This document shows, in pieces, positions 63,925 to 64,000 of a DNA stretch of 64,000 nt (the first letter of the stretch is position 1; each line of letters begins with the position of its first letter). The translations under genes were made by a program, and so were the position numbers. The stretch comes from Gemmatimonadales bacterium (GTDB lineage Bacteria > Gemmatimonadota > Gemmatimonadetes > Gemmatimonadales > GWC2-71-9): contig JBFJCP010000021.1 of NCBI GenBank assembly GCA_041615815.1, positions 18,638 to 82,637 of the forward strand, given 5' to 3'. The notes below the pieces were generated by a model. That model saw nothing but the letters and a program-made list of their open reading frames with translations, made no database searches and was not told the DNA's origin.

Positions 63925-64000
63925 GGAGCGTAAGCGAAGCGAAGCGCTGTCGAGCGGCCCGTGGCCGCTCACCCCCGGCCTACCCCCGCGGGGGTAGGCC
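63925..64000. repeat. REP-like palindromic element (may continue past the window end)
   Basis: AAGCG tandem repeats, GAGCGGCC/GGCCGCTC hairpin, and a perfect 24-bp palindrome at 63977-64000 containing GTAG. Confidence 0.5.

Overview
GC-rich bacterial chromosomal segment. Gene order, BTAD/Ser-Thr kinase content and a Tat-signal TldD suggest Gemmatimonadota (inference only). Most of the window is core genome: dacB (partial), a TamA/TamB-acpS-FTR1 operon, a roughly 15 kb translationally coupled minus-strand operon (yebC-ruvC-ruvA-orf54-ruvB-queA-tgt-yajC-def-fmt-thiE-thiS-thiG-rsmB-PASTA-rpe-tlpA-cdaR-tsaD-lgt), tyrS, PBP1A, tdh-kbl and tldD/tldE. I saw no rRNA, tRNA, CRISPR array, integrase or transposase. 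The most notable feature is a type IV minor-pilin locus (fimT-pilV-pilW-pilX1, terminator, pilX2) in which a large PilX-like gene is duplicated. Both transcription units have matching sigma54-type promoters and a shared upstream motif, but only the second copy lies behind a c-di-GMP-I (GEMM) riboswitch, and the paralogs differ most in a Cys-bounded loop (acidic versus near-neutral). This suggests a c-di-GMP-controlled swap of the pilus tip subunit. Other findings: an unlisted 54-aa zinc-ribbon gene coupled between ruvA and ruvB, a DnaB paralog lacking its N-terminal domain and with an altered DNA-binding loop, a PorX-like REC-PglZ protein, a patatin-ferredoxin fusion, and two candidate structured non-coding RNAs. 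All calls come from reading motifs by eye; no database search was run.
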